From Candidatus Moraniibacteriota bacterium (GTDB lineage Bacteria; Patescibacteriota; Minisyncoccia; Moranbacterales; UBA1568), in the NCBI GenBank assembly GCA_013334575.1, contig JAAXXG010000004.1, positions 18,464 to 82,463 on the forward strand: a stretch of 64,000 nt of DNA. Reading direction: 5' to 3'. Shown here piece by piece: positions 9,664 to 18,243 of the stretch. Position 1 is the stretch's first letter. Each line of letters opens with the position of its first letter. Made by a program: the position numbers and the translations under genes. The notes under the pieces are model-generated. The model saw only the letters and a list, made by a program, of their open reading frames with translations. It was not told the origin of the DNA and searched no databases.

Positions 9664-10461
9664 TCAGGAGATGAGCGATCCACCGTCGGCGACCACCATC
9701 GAACCGGTCATATAACTTGCCGCATCGCTCGCAAGGAAGAGTGCGACAGTCGCCATCTCGTCGGGGTCCGCGTAGCGGCCCATCGGTATGGCGGAAAGGA
9801 ACGCCTTCATCTGCTCGTCGGTCATCGCCGGGGCCCCTTCGCTCATCGCGGCCACACCCTCGGTCGCCACACCGCCCGGGGCGATGGCGTTCACGCGGAT
9901 CTTGTGAGGGGCGAGTTCGAGCGCGAGGTTTTTGGTGAAGCCCCAGACGCCATGCTTGGACGTATCATAGGCGGCGAGTCCGACCATGCTCGGATGCAGC
10001 GCGTCGATCGAGGCGATATTGATGATCGTTCCGCTTCCCTGCGTGACCATCGCCTTGGCTGCCTCGCGGCAGCCAAGGAAGACTCCGCGACCGTTCACGG
10101 CCTGGACCTTGTCCCAGAACCCGACCTCCATGTCGAGGACCGGTGAGGTCGGGAAGATACCGGCATTGTTCACCATCACGTCGAGGCTTCCGAAGGCTTC
10201 CTTCGTCTTCGCGACGAGCGCCTCAACGTCTGCCTCCGAAGAGACGTCCGTCTTCACGAAGATGGCCTTCCCTCCGAACTCCGAAGCGATGGCCTCGGCC
10301 TTGGCGACGCCTGCCTCTTCGTTGATATCCGAGATGACTACTGACGCACCGGCTTCCGCGAAACGCTTCGCGATGCCGTACCCGATACCGTTGGCGCCAC
10401 CGGTCACGATGACCGTCTTTCCAGTGAAATCGAACAGCTCCGCGATTTTCTTCTGCGACAT
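9664..10461 (-). CDS. SDR family NAD(P)-dependent oxidoreductase (glucose 1-dehydrogenase / 3-oxoacyl-ACP reductase-like)
   Basis: 265 aa. Rossmann motif TGGANGIGYGIAKRFAEAGASVVISD. NNAG motif. Catalytic YxxxK region. Confidence 0.9.
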   Translation of the reverse strand: MSQKKIAELFDFTGKTVIVTGGANGIGYGIAKRFAEAGASVVISDINEEAGVAKAEAIASEFGGKAIFVKTDVSSEADVEALVAKTKEAFGSLDVMVNNAGIFPTSPVLDMEVGFWDKVQAVNGRGVFLGCREAAKAMVTQGSGTIINIASIDALHPSMVGLAAYDTSKHGVWGFTKNLALELAPHKIRVNAIAPGGVATEGVAAMSEGAPAMTDEQMKAFLSAIPMGRYADPDEMATVALFLASDAASYMTGSMVVADGGSLIS

Positions 10462-10565
10462 ATCCGTTCGTCTTACTGTTTATTTCGGCTTTATATTGCC
10501 AAATACACGTCTATTATGGCATGGAAAGGAGAAGAGGGGAATCCGGCTTTACATATAAGAATCAA

Positions 10566-10592
10566 AAAACCCCGTTTTGGGGTCTTGTGATT
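10566..10592 (-). terminator. terminator hairpin downstream of tRNA-Ser
   Basis: The minus-strand sequence reads CAAGACCCCAAAACGGGGTTTTTT. Confidence 0.4.
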
Positions 10593-10599
10593 TCCGTTG

Positions 10600-10686
10600 A
10601 GGAAAGGGAGGGATTCGAACCCTCGAGGCCCTTGCGGGCCTGCCGCTTTTCGAGAGCGGTACCTTCAACCACTCGGTCACCTTTCC
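10600..10686 (-). tRNA. tRNA-Ser (anticodon CGA)
   Basis: On the minus strand: GGAAAGG/CCTTTCC 7-bp acceptor stem. D-arm ACC-GAGTGGTTGAA-GGT. Anticodon stem CCGCT/AGCGG with loop CTCGAAA (CGA). Long variable arm. T-arm AGGG-TTCGAAT-CCCT. Confidence 0.85.
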
Positions 10687-10740
10687 TATATGTCTAACAG
10701 TATATACTATTGTTCGAAATGATCCTCCCATTTCCGGTCA

Positions 10741-10854
10741 GGGATTCGCCCCGCATGCGCGGGGCGCCCGGCGAATGCCCGGGCGAACCCTCGAGGCCCT
10801 TGCGGGCCTGCCGCTTTTCGAGAGCGGTACCTTCAACCACTCGGTCACCTTTCC
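10741..10854 (-). repeat. tRNA-Ser-derived partial copy with a 38-nt two-hairpin insertion in the T-loop
   Basis: 71 nt identical to the 5' part of tRNA-Ser up to GGGTTCG. Then an insert (CCCGGGCATTCGCCGGGCG + CGCCCCGCGCATGCGGGGCG). Then AATCCC. The sequence after that does not restore the acceptor stem. Confidence 0.7.
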
Positions 10855-10869
10855 TATATTCAACTGACA

Positions 10870-10968
10870 ACCTCTACAACGAACGACCGGCGGCTACGGA
10901 CTCGCACAGGTGAGCGCCTTTCACCAGAGGCTGACCAGCCTTTGGCTGGCAACTACTCGGCTACCTTT
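10870..10968 (-). repeat. degenerate tRNA-like fragment (third copy) starting with the same GGAAAGGT acceptor/D-arm opening
   Basis: The minus-strand sequence begins GGAAAGGTAGCCGAGTAGTTG like tRNA-Ser but does not fold into a canonical cloverleaf. Confidence 0.4.
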
Positions 10969-11050
10969 CCTTCGTTTCCATAACGCCTCCAGTTGTTGTA
11001 CTATATTTAAAGGAATCGGGCAAATCGTCCGAACCGTGCGTTAAGACTGA

Positions 11051-11602
11051 GTGAATCCTATGATGCCTTCCATGGCGTTTGTCGATCCGAGGCAGGTCAT
11101 CGGTGCCCTTCCCGAGAGACCGAAGGGCACTATCGCGGATTTCGGGTGCGGGGCGGGATATTTTTCCGTCGAGTTCGCGAAGGCGGTCGGGGACGAGGGA
11201 AACGTGATCGCGCTCGACGTGCTTCCTTCGGCGCTCGACGCGGTAGAGGGGAGGATCAAGACCGAGGGGCTCCGCAATATCACGACGAAGCGAGTCAATC
11301 TCGAGCGAGCGAACGGTTCGGGACTCGGTCCGTCGAGTGTCGACTGGGTCATCCTCAAAGACGTGTTGTTTCAGAATGCGAAGAAGGAGATTCTGGTCGG
11401 CGAGATTTTCCGGGTGCTCCGTCCCGGCGGGCACGCGATCATCATGGAGTGGGCGCCGGTTTCCGGCGGAGGAATCGGGCCCGATCAGGAGCTCCGGGTT
11501 CCGCCGGAAGCGCTCAAGGACCTGTTACGGAAGGCCGGGTTTTCCGATGTCCGCGATCTTCAGGTTGGGGCTTTCCATTACGGTTTTCTCGTGACGAAAT
11601 AA
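11051..11602 (+). CDS. class I SAM-dependent methyltransferase
   Basis: 183 aa. Motif I DFGCGAGYFSVEFA. Motif II-like VIALDV. Post-I acidic residues. Confidence 0.8.
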   Translation: MNPMMPSMAFVDPRQVIGALPERPKGTIADFGCGAGYFSVEFAKAVGDEGNVIALDVLPSALDAVEGRIKTEGLRNITTKRVNLERANGSGLGPSSVDWVILKDVLFQNAKKEILVGEIFRVLRPGGHAIIMEWAPVSGGGIGPDQELRVPPEALKDLLRKAGFSDVRDLQVGAFHYGFLVTK

Positions 11603-11607
11603 GGCGT

Positions 11608-13026
11608 ATGAAGGGACGTTTCTCGACATGGTCAAGGATGCTTCTCGTACTTCCGCTTCTCGCATCGGCGGTCGTGCTATCGGGATGCGGAAAGGTGACG
11701 GCACCTTCCTATAAGATCGATCTGGAAGTCTGGGGTATCTTTGACGATTCTGATGCCTATCAGGGCGCATTGAGCACCTATCAGCGCATAGCGCAGTCTC
11801 ATATCGGAGCCGTCACGTACCGGAAGATGACTGCGGATACGTACCGGGAAGACCTGCTGTCCGCGTTCGCGGAGGGGCGCGGGCCCGACGTGTTCCTGAT
11901 CCGCAGTTCGTGGCTTCCGCTGTTCAGGAACCTGATCGTGGCGGCTCCGGAGTACGAGTTCAGTGAGAAGGACTTCCGGGATGCGTTCGTCGATGTCGCC
12001 GCGGACGATCTTGTAGTCGACGGACGTACCTACGGGGCACCGATTTCCGTCGATTCGCTCGGGCTCTACTACAACAAGAACCTGCTGAATGCCGCCGGCA
12101 TCGCGACGCCGCCCTTGACGTGGGACGAGTTGGAGACCGATATCAAGCTGCTTAATTCGGTCGATTATTACGGGAACATACGACAGTCGGGCGTCGCGCT
12201 GGGAACTTCGAAGAACATCAACCGCTCGACCGATATTCTCATGGCAATGGCTGAACAGCGGGGTATCAGGACGCTCCGAGACGGATTCCGTGACGACGTT
12301 GACGTGTCATCGGAACCGATGCGTCAGGCGATGTCATACTATGCCGGATTCGCGAGTATCGGTTCGGAACGGTATTCGTGGAATGCCGACCAGCATTATT
12401 CCATCGACGCCTTTTCCGAGGGGAATCTGGCGATGATGATGAACTACTCGTGGCAGGTCGACGCGATCAGGAAGAAGAACGCGAAACTCAATTTCGGGGT
12501 CGCTCCGCTTCCCCAGATCCGCGGGGCCGCACCCGCGAACTTCGCGAACTACTGGGTGTTCGTCGTCGCCAAGGACCGCAAGGCCCCTTCAACCGACCAG
12601 AAGACGAAGACGTTCCCGGACGGGAAGTACAACGATATCCGGGCTCACGAGTCCTGGCAGTTCCTGCACTATCTCGCCTTTCCGCATCCCGGGAACGCGT
12701 TCGTCCTGCGGAACGCTCTCATGACGGACTCGTCTGCTCAAGTGGAGGTCAAGGAGGATCCTGCCGCGACGATCCTTGCCCGTACCGGGCAGCCGGCGGC
12801 GCGACGGGATCTCATTACGGAACAGCGGAAAGATCCGTGGCTTGCGCCGTTCGCGTACGGAAACCTGATCGCCAAGGGGTGGCGGGTCGGTGATACGGAG
12901 AGCGCAGAGCAGATCCTTTCCGATGCGATCGAATCGGTGAACCGTGGAGAGACGGCGTTGCAGCAGGCACTTTCCGCGGCATTCTCGCAGCTCTCTCAGC
13001 AGCAGAGGAGACTTCCGGGCGATTGA
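11608..13026 (+). CDS. ABC transporter substrate-binding lipoprotein (family 1 extracellular solute-binding protein, sugar-type)
   Basis: ATG 11608. Lipoprotein signal peptide MKGRFSTWSRMLLVLPLLASAVVLSGCGK. SBP_bac_1-like blocks (GPDVFLIRSSWLP, GLYYNKNLLNAAGI...TWDEL). The 5' 460 nt of the six-frame ORF 11146-13026 overlaps the methyltransferase and is not coding. Confidence 0.8.
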   Translation: MKGRFSTWSRMLLVLPLLASAVVLSGCGKVTAPSYKIDLEVWGIFDDSDAYQGALSTYQRIAQSHIGAVTYRKMTADTYREDLLSAFAEGRGPDVFLIRSSWLPLFRNLIVAAPEYEFSEKDFRDAFVDVAADDLVVDGRTYGAPISVDSLGLYYNKNLLNAAGIATPPLTWDELETDIKLLNSVDYYGNIRQSGVALGTSKNINRSTDILMAMAEQRGIRTLRDGFRDDVDVSSEPMRQAMSYYAGFASIGSERYSWNADQHYSIDAFSEGNLAMMMNYSWQVDAIRKKNAKLNFGVAPLPQIRGAAPANFANYWVFVVAKDRKAPSTDQKTKTFPDGKYNDIRAHESWQFLHYLAFPHPGNAFVLRNALMTDSSAQVEVKEDPAATILARTGQPAARRDLITEQRKDPWLAPFAYGNLIAKGWRVGDTESAEQILSDAIESVNRGETALQQALSAAFSQLSQQQRRLPGD

Positions 13027-13038
13027 CGAAGAAGATAT

Positions 13039-13326
13039 ATGGATTTTCTGAAGGAGATCGGCACGCCGGTCGCTCGGGCGGCCGGTGTCATCGAGGATGC
13101 GACTCCGGTCGCGACCATTCTCGCGAATGCGCTCTCGCTCGTCCTCGGTCTGGCGGGTGCGTTCGCCATGCTTTCGTTCGCGGTCGCCGGTGTCGCGTAC
13201 GCGCTTGCGGGCGGAGACGAATCACGGATGCGGCAGGCAAAGAATGCCATGGTCTATTCGGTCATCGGGGCGCTCGTCTGCGTGGCGTCGCTCGTCGTTG
13301 TCCGTACCGTGGCCGGCGTGCTATAA
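13039..13326 (+). CDS. VirB2/TrbC-like (T4SS pilin-like) small membrane protein
   Basis: 95 aa. Two hydrophobic helices flank the conserved motif VAYALAGGDESRMRQAKNAMVYSVIGALV. Confidence 0.55.
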   Translation: MDFLKEIGTPVARAAGVIEDATPVATILANALSLVLGLAGAFAMLSFAVAGVAYALAGGDESRMRQAKNAMVYSVIGALVCVASLVVVRTVAGVL

Positions 13327-13365
13327 TCCGACGGTACGACATCCAAACGGAAAGGAGGTGAACGC

Positions 13366-13755
13366 ATGAAATCGATGAAGCAGATCGGATACGGCGTTCT
13401 CGCCGCGGCGCTTTCGCTTCCGTCGGCGGCGCTCGCACAGTTCGGGCAGGTGCCGAGCGGCAGCAATTACAACAGTGTCGCATCGACCGGAGGACTTACG
13501 ACCGATAACTTCGGGGTCATCCTCATCCGCGTCATGAACTGGGTGCTGGGTATCCTCGGCATCGGAGCGATCATCTCCTTCGTTATCGCGGGTATCATGT
13601 ACTTGACGGCCGGCGGAGACGAGGGGAAGACCGAGAAGGCGAAGGGTATGATGACCTATGCCATTATCGCCGTCATCGTGGCGCTGGTCGGCTACGTGGT
13701 GATCAACACGGTGGTCGGATTGCTCGGAAGCAACAAGGTGTCGGGAAGCTATTGA
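13366..13755 (+). CDS. VirB2/TrbC-like (T4SS pilin-like) secreted small membrane protein
   Basis: 129 aa. Signal peptide (MKSMKQIGYGVLAAALSLPSAALA). Motif IMYLTAGGDEGKTEKAKGMMTYAIIAVIVALVGYVV. Confidence 0.6.
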   Translation: MKSMKQIGYGVLAAALSLPSAALAQFGQVPSGSNYNSVASTGGLTTDNFGVILIRVMNWVLGILGIGAIISFVIAGIMYLTAGGDEGKTEKAKGMMTYAIIAVIVALVGYVVINTVVGLLGSNKVSGSY

Positions 13756-13849
13756 CGCGTCCCGCAGGAACGAGACAGCCCCGCTTTTGCGGGGTTGTCT
13801 TTTTTCGTACCCGACGATATGATGAGGGAAAGAAACAACCTTCCCGCTT

Positions 13850-14290
13850 ATGCGAACGTACGCATCCCGCTCCCTTCTCGTTCTCGGTCTTCTTCTTCTC
13901 GTTCCGACGGCCGATGTTTCCGCGGCAGCGACGTGTACCAACGGCGAGCTCATAAACGGCGTCTGTGTCCCGTCGGCGTCCTCGACGGGGCTTCCGGATA
14001 CCGCCGCTGATACGGTCGTCATCAATATCATGAACTGGCTGCTCGGGATGCTCGGTTTGCTGGCCATGATCATGTTCGTCGTCTCCGGAATCATGTATCT
14101 GACCGCGGGAGGGGACGAGAAGCGGACGGAGAGCGCGAAGAACAATATCAAGTATGCGGTCATCGGGGTCGCCGTCGCGTTGCTCGGGTACGCCGTCGTT
14201 TTCACCGTACAGCAGATAGTGACCGGCGGCGCTTCGGGGACGTCGTACGGCTCGTCATCGACGACCGGAGGGAGCGGGGTGAAGTATTGA
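13850..14290 (+). CDS. VirB2/TrbC-like (T4SS pilin-like) secreted small membrane protein
   Basis: 146 aa. Signal peptide. Motif IMYLTAGGDEKRTESAKNNIKYAVIGVAVALLGYAVV. Gly/Ser/Thr-rich C-terminal tail. Confidence 0.6.
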   Translation: MRTYASRSLLVLGLLLLVPTADVSAAATCTNGELINGVCVPSASSTGLPDTAADTVVINIMNWLLGMLGLLAMIMFVVSGIMYLTAGGDEKRTESAKNNIKYAVIGVAVALLGYAVVFTVQQIVTGGASGTSYGSSSTTGGSGVKY

Positions 14291-14331
14291 AATCCTTGTC
14301 GGGAGGTTCTGAATACAAGAATGCACGTCTT

Positions 14332-15519
14332 ATGAAAAAAGCGGGAAGGGAAGTCATTATTTTTTTGGTAAGTGCGTCTTTGTTTGTAATTTCCATTCCT
14401 CAGGTTTCCGCTGCTACGCTTTGGAAATTTACAGGCACCAAGACGACCAGCGTGACACAATCCGGTTTCGCGACGCCAGAGGCGTGCAGCTCCTACATGG
14501 TCAGCAACGGTTACGCTGGAACGTGTAAATATGACAGTGCGGCTGGATCGTATCGGTTTACCGGAACCAAGACCGAGAGCGCAACGTACGACGGATTTGC
14601 TTCTTTGGCAGCCTGCGATTCCTATGCGACAAGCAATAATCTTAATGGAACCTGCGCCTCCTATACGACATCGTCAGGATCGGCAGGCACCTGTACCGGG
14701 AATACGACGAAGGTTGTTGGATCGTGTCGGGCGACCTGCGTGAGTTCTGCGGAAAAGGCGGACGGCGTGTGCACTGCCGAAAGCGGGGCGTCGTATAGCG
14801 GACTAAATTGCTGCGTTGCTACTTCGGCGGGTCAGACGTCCGGAACGTGTACCGGAACAAGCGGTCGGTCGGGGAGCTGTTATTCCGTCGGAAACTGTCC
14901 AAGCGGCACGGTTTCCGACGGTTCGTGCACGAGCGGCGATTCTTGTTGTACCGCGTCGTCGAGTGCGCAGACGACTTCAGCCAGCGGCAGCGTTTCGACC
15001 ACGGCCACGTTCACGAATCCGCTCAATTTCTCGACCGTTCAGGAGGCGACGGGAGTGTTTCTTTCCGCGTTCCAGGGGATCATCGTCATGCTCGCGCTCA
15101 TCTTCCTGGTGCTCGGCGGGATATTCTATATCACCTCCGGCGGCGATTCCAAGAGGATAGACAAGGCCAAGGCGATGATCACCGCGGCCATGATCGGACT
15201 CGCTATCGGAGTCCTGGCGCCGTCCCTCCTTAAGGAGATCGGCAACATACTCGGCTGGGGCGGTGCGCAGGTTCCGTCGGAAGTAAGCAGTGCGAAATCG
15301 GCGGTCGAGGTCGCGCAGAACGTTCTGAATTTCCTGCTTTCCATCGTCGGTCTGCTCGCCATGATCATGCTTGTCATCGGCGGGCTCATGTTCTTCGCGG
15401 CTGCCGGCGACGAGAAACGGGCCGAAACGGCCAAGGGTATCGTCAAGTACTCGGTCATGGGTCTTTCGCTTGCCGTCGTCTCACTCATCATCGTGCGGAC
15501 CATCGCGACGTTGTTGTAG
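14332..15519 (+). CDS. secreted Cys/Thr-rich protein with two tandem VirB2/TrbC-like pilin domains
   Basis: Signal peptide. A ~40-aa ectodomain unit is repeated twice ((W/R)FTGTKT-S-T--GFA---AC-SY--SN). A Cys-rich stretch. Two pilin motifs: IFYITSGGDSKRIDKAKAMITAAMIGLAIGVL and LMFFAAAGDEKRAETAKGIVKYSVMGLSLAVV. An alternative TTG start at 14287 overlaps the previous gene. Confidence 0.55.
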   Translation: MKKAGREVIIFLVSASLFVISIPQVSAATLWKFTGTKTTSVTQSGFATPEACSSYMVSNGYAGTCKYDSAAGSYRFTGTKTESATYDGFASLAACDSYATSNNLNGTCASYTTSSGSAGTCTGNTTKVVGSCRATCVSSAEKADGVCTAESGASYSGLNCCVATSAGQTSGTCTGTSGRSGSCYSVGNCPSGTVSDGSCTSGDSCCTASSSAQTTSASGSVSTTATFTNPLNFSTVQEATGVFLSAFQGIIVMLALIFLVLGGIFYITSGGDSKRIDKAKAMITAAMIGLAIGVLAPSLLKEIGNILGWGGAQVPSEVSSAKSAVEVAQNVLNFLLSIVGLLAMIMLVIGGLMFFAAAGDEKRAETAKGIVKYSVMGLSLAVVSLIIVRTIATLL

Positions 15520-15605
15520 CGGACTCGGTTTTTCCAGGAGAAGAAAAAAAGCGGCCGAGGGAGGATTTCCCAGGGGCCGCTTCTTGTGTTTTTTTGATTG
15601 ACGGG

Positions 15606-16685
15606 CTACCAGGCTAACCACGGCCGCCAGAGACGAAATGTGACGACGGTGCGTTCAATCGACTTATCGCCAGTGCGGAACTGGCTTTCTGTCGGCTCGC
15701 ACAGGTTGAACGTGACATGAGCTCCTTTGTCACCGGGCGAGATGATTATTTTTCCTCCTTTCTTCCTGATGATTTGGTCTTGGTCAGAGAACAGCGTTTC
15801 GGAGACGCCATTCAGCATGATGACGTACGGAGGACTGTCTGGATAATTCCAGACGGCGCTCGTGTCTCCCCGGTCGGTCCGTTTCAGGTCGTAGTACTCG
15901 TCGACCCCGCCGTCCCTGCGGATGACATGGAGACGCTTTTCTCCTACGACCTTGAAACGCAGTTCACCTTCCACAGGCATCGGAAGGAATGTGCGCTGCG
16001 AGATGTCGCTCGGGACGTGAAACTCGACGTCGATTCCGACGGTTCGTGCCTTCAGCTCGAACGGGATTCCCGGAGCGAACGCGAGGATGAGGCCGTACAC
16101 GAGCTCCGCGATACCGGCATAGATCGCGATCTTGACGAACCACTTTCCTTTGCCGGGCTCGGCGATATCCTTCGCACCGAACGTGCATAAGGCTGCGAGC
16201 ACGATGGCAATCGCCACCGGGTTTCGCAGCTGGAATATCGTCAGCACCGCTCCGAAGATGCCGATCCCCATGTATACGTAGGCCCACAGACGAATCATCT
16301 TCATCACCTCCTCGCCACCCGCCTCCGCAAACTTCTTGAGTTCGAAATCCGGAAACTTCTCCTTCGTGAAGAGGGCGGTCAACAGTTGAGGGATTCGGAC
16401 TGACGGCATTCCGTTCAAACCGGCGCCGGCGGCAAACGACGCTGAAAGCGGTTCAGCACGCAGAACGAGGAAGGTTCCCGCGAATGCGAACACGATTTGC
16501 AAAGCCGCTACCGCGATGCTCCATCCGAGCGAGCTGAACAGCATCATAAGCGAGAGAAGTACCGCGGCCGGGGCGAGTATCGCGATCCAGGCATTTTTCA
16601 GGAGGACGTTCGCTTTCGCGAGCCAGTCTTCTCCCACGTTCTGACTATGTCGTAAAAAGAATCTCATTATTTTTTTCCTCCCCAC
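15606..16685 (-). CDS. hypothetical polytopic membrane protein with C-terminal soluble domain
   Basis: 359 aa. Multiple N-terminal TM helices. No recognisable family. Confidence 0.45.
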   Translation of the reverse strand: MGRKKIMRFFLRHSQNVGEDWLAKANVLLKNAWIAILAPAAVLLSLMMLFSSLGWSIAVAALQIVFAFAGTFLVLRAEPLSASFAAGAGLNGMPSVRIPQLLTALFTKEKFPDFELKKFAEAGGEEVMKMIRLWAYVYMGIGIFGAVLTIFQLRNPVAIAIVLAALCTFGAKDIAEPGKGKWFVKIAIYAGIAELVYGLILAFAPGIPFELKARTVGIDVEFHVPSDISQRTFLPMPVEGELRFKVVGEKRLHVIRRDGGVDEYYDLKRTDRGDTSAVWNYPDSPPYVIMLNGVSETLFSDQDQIIRKKGGKIIISPGDKGAHVTFNLCEPTESQFRTGDKSIERTVVTFRLWRPWLAW

Positions 16686-16715
16686 CGGATACGAGCACCC
16701 GGTGATTATTTGTTG

Positions 16716-17714
16716 TTAGTGTTGTGAACAATACTGGGCGAGGGCGACGACGGCGACACAGAAGGCAAGCGATACCCATCCGGCAATCCTCCACCGCAGG
16801 GGAAGCTTCTCAGACGCTTTCGGGTGATTCTCGACCTTTTCGCTCATCGCCGACTTGAGGCGGAGCTCCAGCTCTTTCTCGTAGTAGGCTTTGCGTGCCG
16901 CACAGCTTTCCTGCTTCTTCTGACTGGCGTTCGGGGCGCATATGTCCGGGACGTTCGGGTATGCGTCGTCCGTCGATTTTATGGCCGATCGCCTTACCCG
17001 TTCGTACTCGTCCGAACCGAGGACCCATTGCGCCTCGAGCATCGTCGAGAGAAGCGGGAGGTTCGACTTCCGGACTGCGTCCAGGATCTCTTCGAATCGC
17101 TTCTCGAACGATTCCGTCGAGATGAATCCGCTCGCCTCCAGTTCGTCGATGACTGTGTCGATGGCTTTTTCGCGGGTCAGGTTGTCCTTTCTTATCTTTT
17201 CATTGATCCGTACGGCGATATCTTCAAGATATTTCACCCTGATATCGTCCGGCGTATCCTCGAGCGGCGATCTCGTCGTTTCCTTGATGGTGACCGTGGC
17301 TGGTTCAGAACCATTCTTCGATCCTTTCCCCTTTGCGGACTGGGACGGTTGATTCAGTTCTTTGACCGTCTCAGTCGCGTTCTTTTTGAAGAAGATGTTC
17401 GTGGCAAGGGATGCCACCCGCTTTCCTTTGTCGGCCTCGTCCAATTTTTTCAAGCGAACGATGAACGCGCGGACGAGCTCCTTGTCTTCTTTGGATCTCA
17501 TGAGGGCGACAACGAAGTCCAGAGCGGCGGTGTCCTGACTGGTGAGTGCTGCCAGCAGCATGTTTTTCAGCCATTCCAGAAAGCCGTTCGTGGAATCCTT
17601 TCCGACGACAGGCATCGAGTGATTTCCGGGCCTCGACTCCTTAAAGAGTGTCAGGAATGTTACAACGAGAGTCGTGAGATCCGTGAGGCGTTCTCCAAAT
17701 GGGTAAGACTTCAT
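16716..17714 (-). CDS. hypothetical protein with C-terminal TM anchor
   Basis: Start refined to ATG 17714 (MKSYPFGERL), preceded by a GGAGGG SD. Lys/Glu-rich. C-terminal hydrophobic helix (IAGWVSLAFCVAVVALA). Confidence 0.45.
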   Translation of the reverse strand: MKSYPFGERLTDLTTLVVTFLTLFKESRPGNHSMPVVGKDSTNGFLEWLKNMLLAALTSQDTAALDFVVALMRSKEDKELVRAFIVRLKKLDEADKGKRVASLATNIFFKKNATETVKELNQPSQSAKGKGSKNGSEPATVTIKETTRSPLEDTPDDIRVKYLEDIAVRINEKIRKDNLTREKAIDTVIDELEASGFISTESFEKRFEEILDAVRKSNLPLLSTMLEAQWVLGSDEYERVRRSAIKSTDDAYPNVPDICAPNASQKKQESCAARKAYYEKELELRLKSAMSEKVENHPKASEKLPLRWRIAGWVSLAFCVAVVALAQYCSQH

Positions 17715-18046
17715 GATTATGTCCCTCCGTTTAGTGTCGTGTTTGATGCAGAAAAAATTGTTCAGGTGCCCGTTACGGTTTGGTTGGCCTTTCGGGCACG
17801 GATCCGTAACGGGGTATTCTAGCATAAAAAAACAAAAAAGTCAATTATACGGAGCAGCGAGTGGTCGGACGGAGAGGGAGCTTAAATAATGGCTTTTTAT
17901 AGGCATTTTCATGATTTCTTTCGGAAAGTACGAGTCGGTGTCAGTCCGGGTTTCCGGACCTGCCGTTCAGGGGTTCGCACTCTCGTTTTTAACGTCTGTC
18001 CGACAGCGTGTTCCGAGGTGGTTTTAAGAAGGGTCGTTTTTTTCTT

Positions 18047-18081
18047 GGCCGTTTGACATCGGGGCCGTTCCGCGCTATACT
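18047..18081 (+). promoter_or_regulatory. candidate sigma70 promoter of the nusA transcription unit, followed by ~160-nt leader with a hairpin
   Basis: TTGACA, then 17 bp, then TATACT (tttgacatcggggccgttccgcgctatact). Hairpin AGCCCCTCGTCGGGGCT in the leader. Confidence 0.3.
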
Positions 18082-18243
18082 TGACCCATACGGTGACGGT
18101 CGGCTGGAGTTCGCGAGGAGCGGACTTCTTTTCTTTAGAAGCCCCTCGTCGGGGCTTTGAGAACGATGCCGGTCGGAGCCGATAATCGGTTAAATAGGGC
18201 GTATTCTGGTCGTTCCGGCCGGGAGACGCCGTAATCAAACGGT

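Noticed and set aside
8414-9683. 395-aa ORFs on both strands overlapping the CsoSCA-like gene
   Set aside because: Arg/Asp-rich antisense or off-frame translations. The 8504-9532 minus-strand frame has balanced composition and conserved motifs.
10741-10854. Possibility that the second tRNA-Ser copy is an intron-containing functional tRNA (T-loop intron)
   Set aside because: After removing the 38-nt insert, the downstream sequence (AATCCCTGACCGGAAATGG) cannot pair with the GGAAAGG 5' acceptor strand. No complete cloverleaf can form.
11146-11607. 5' extension of the ABC-SBP ORF overlapping the methyltransferase
   Set aside because: It is a different frame of the methyltransferase gene with an Arg/Gly-rich translation. 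The true start is ATG 11608, which gives a lipoprotein signal peptide.
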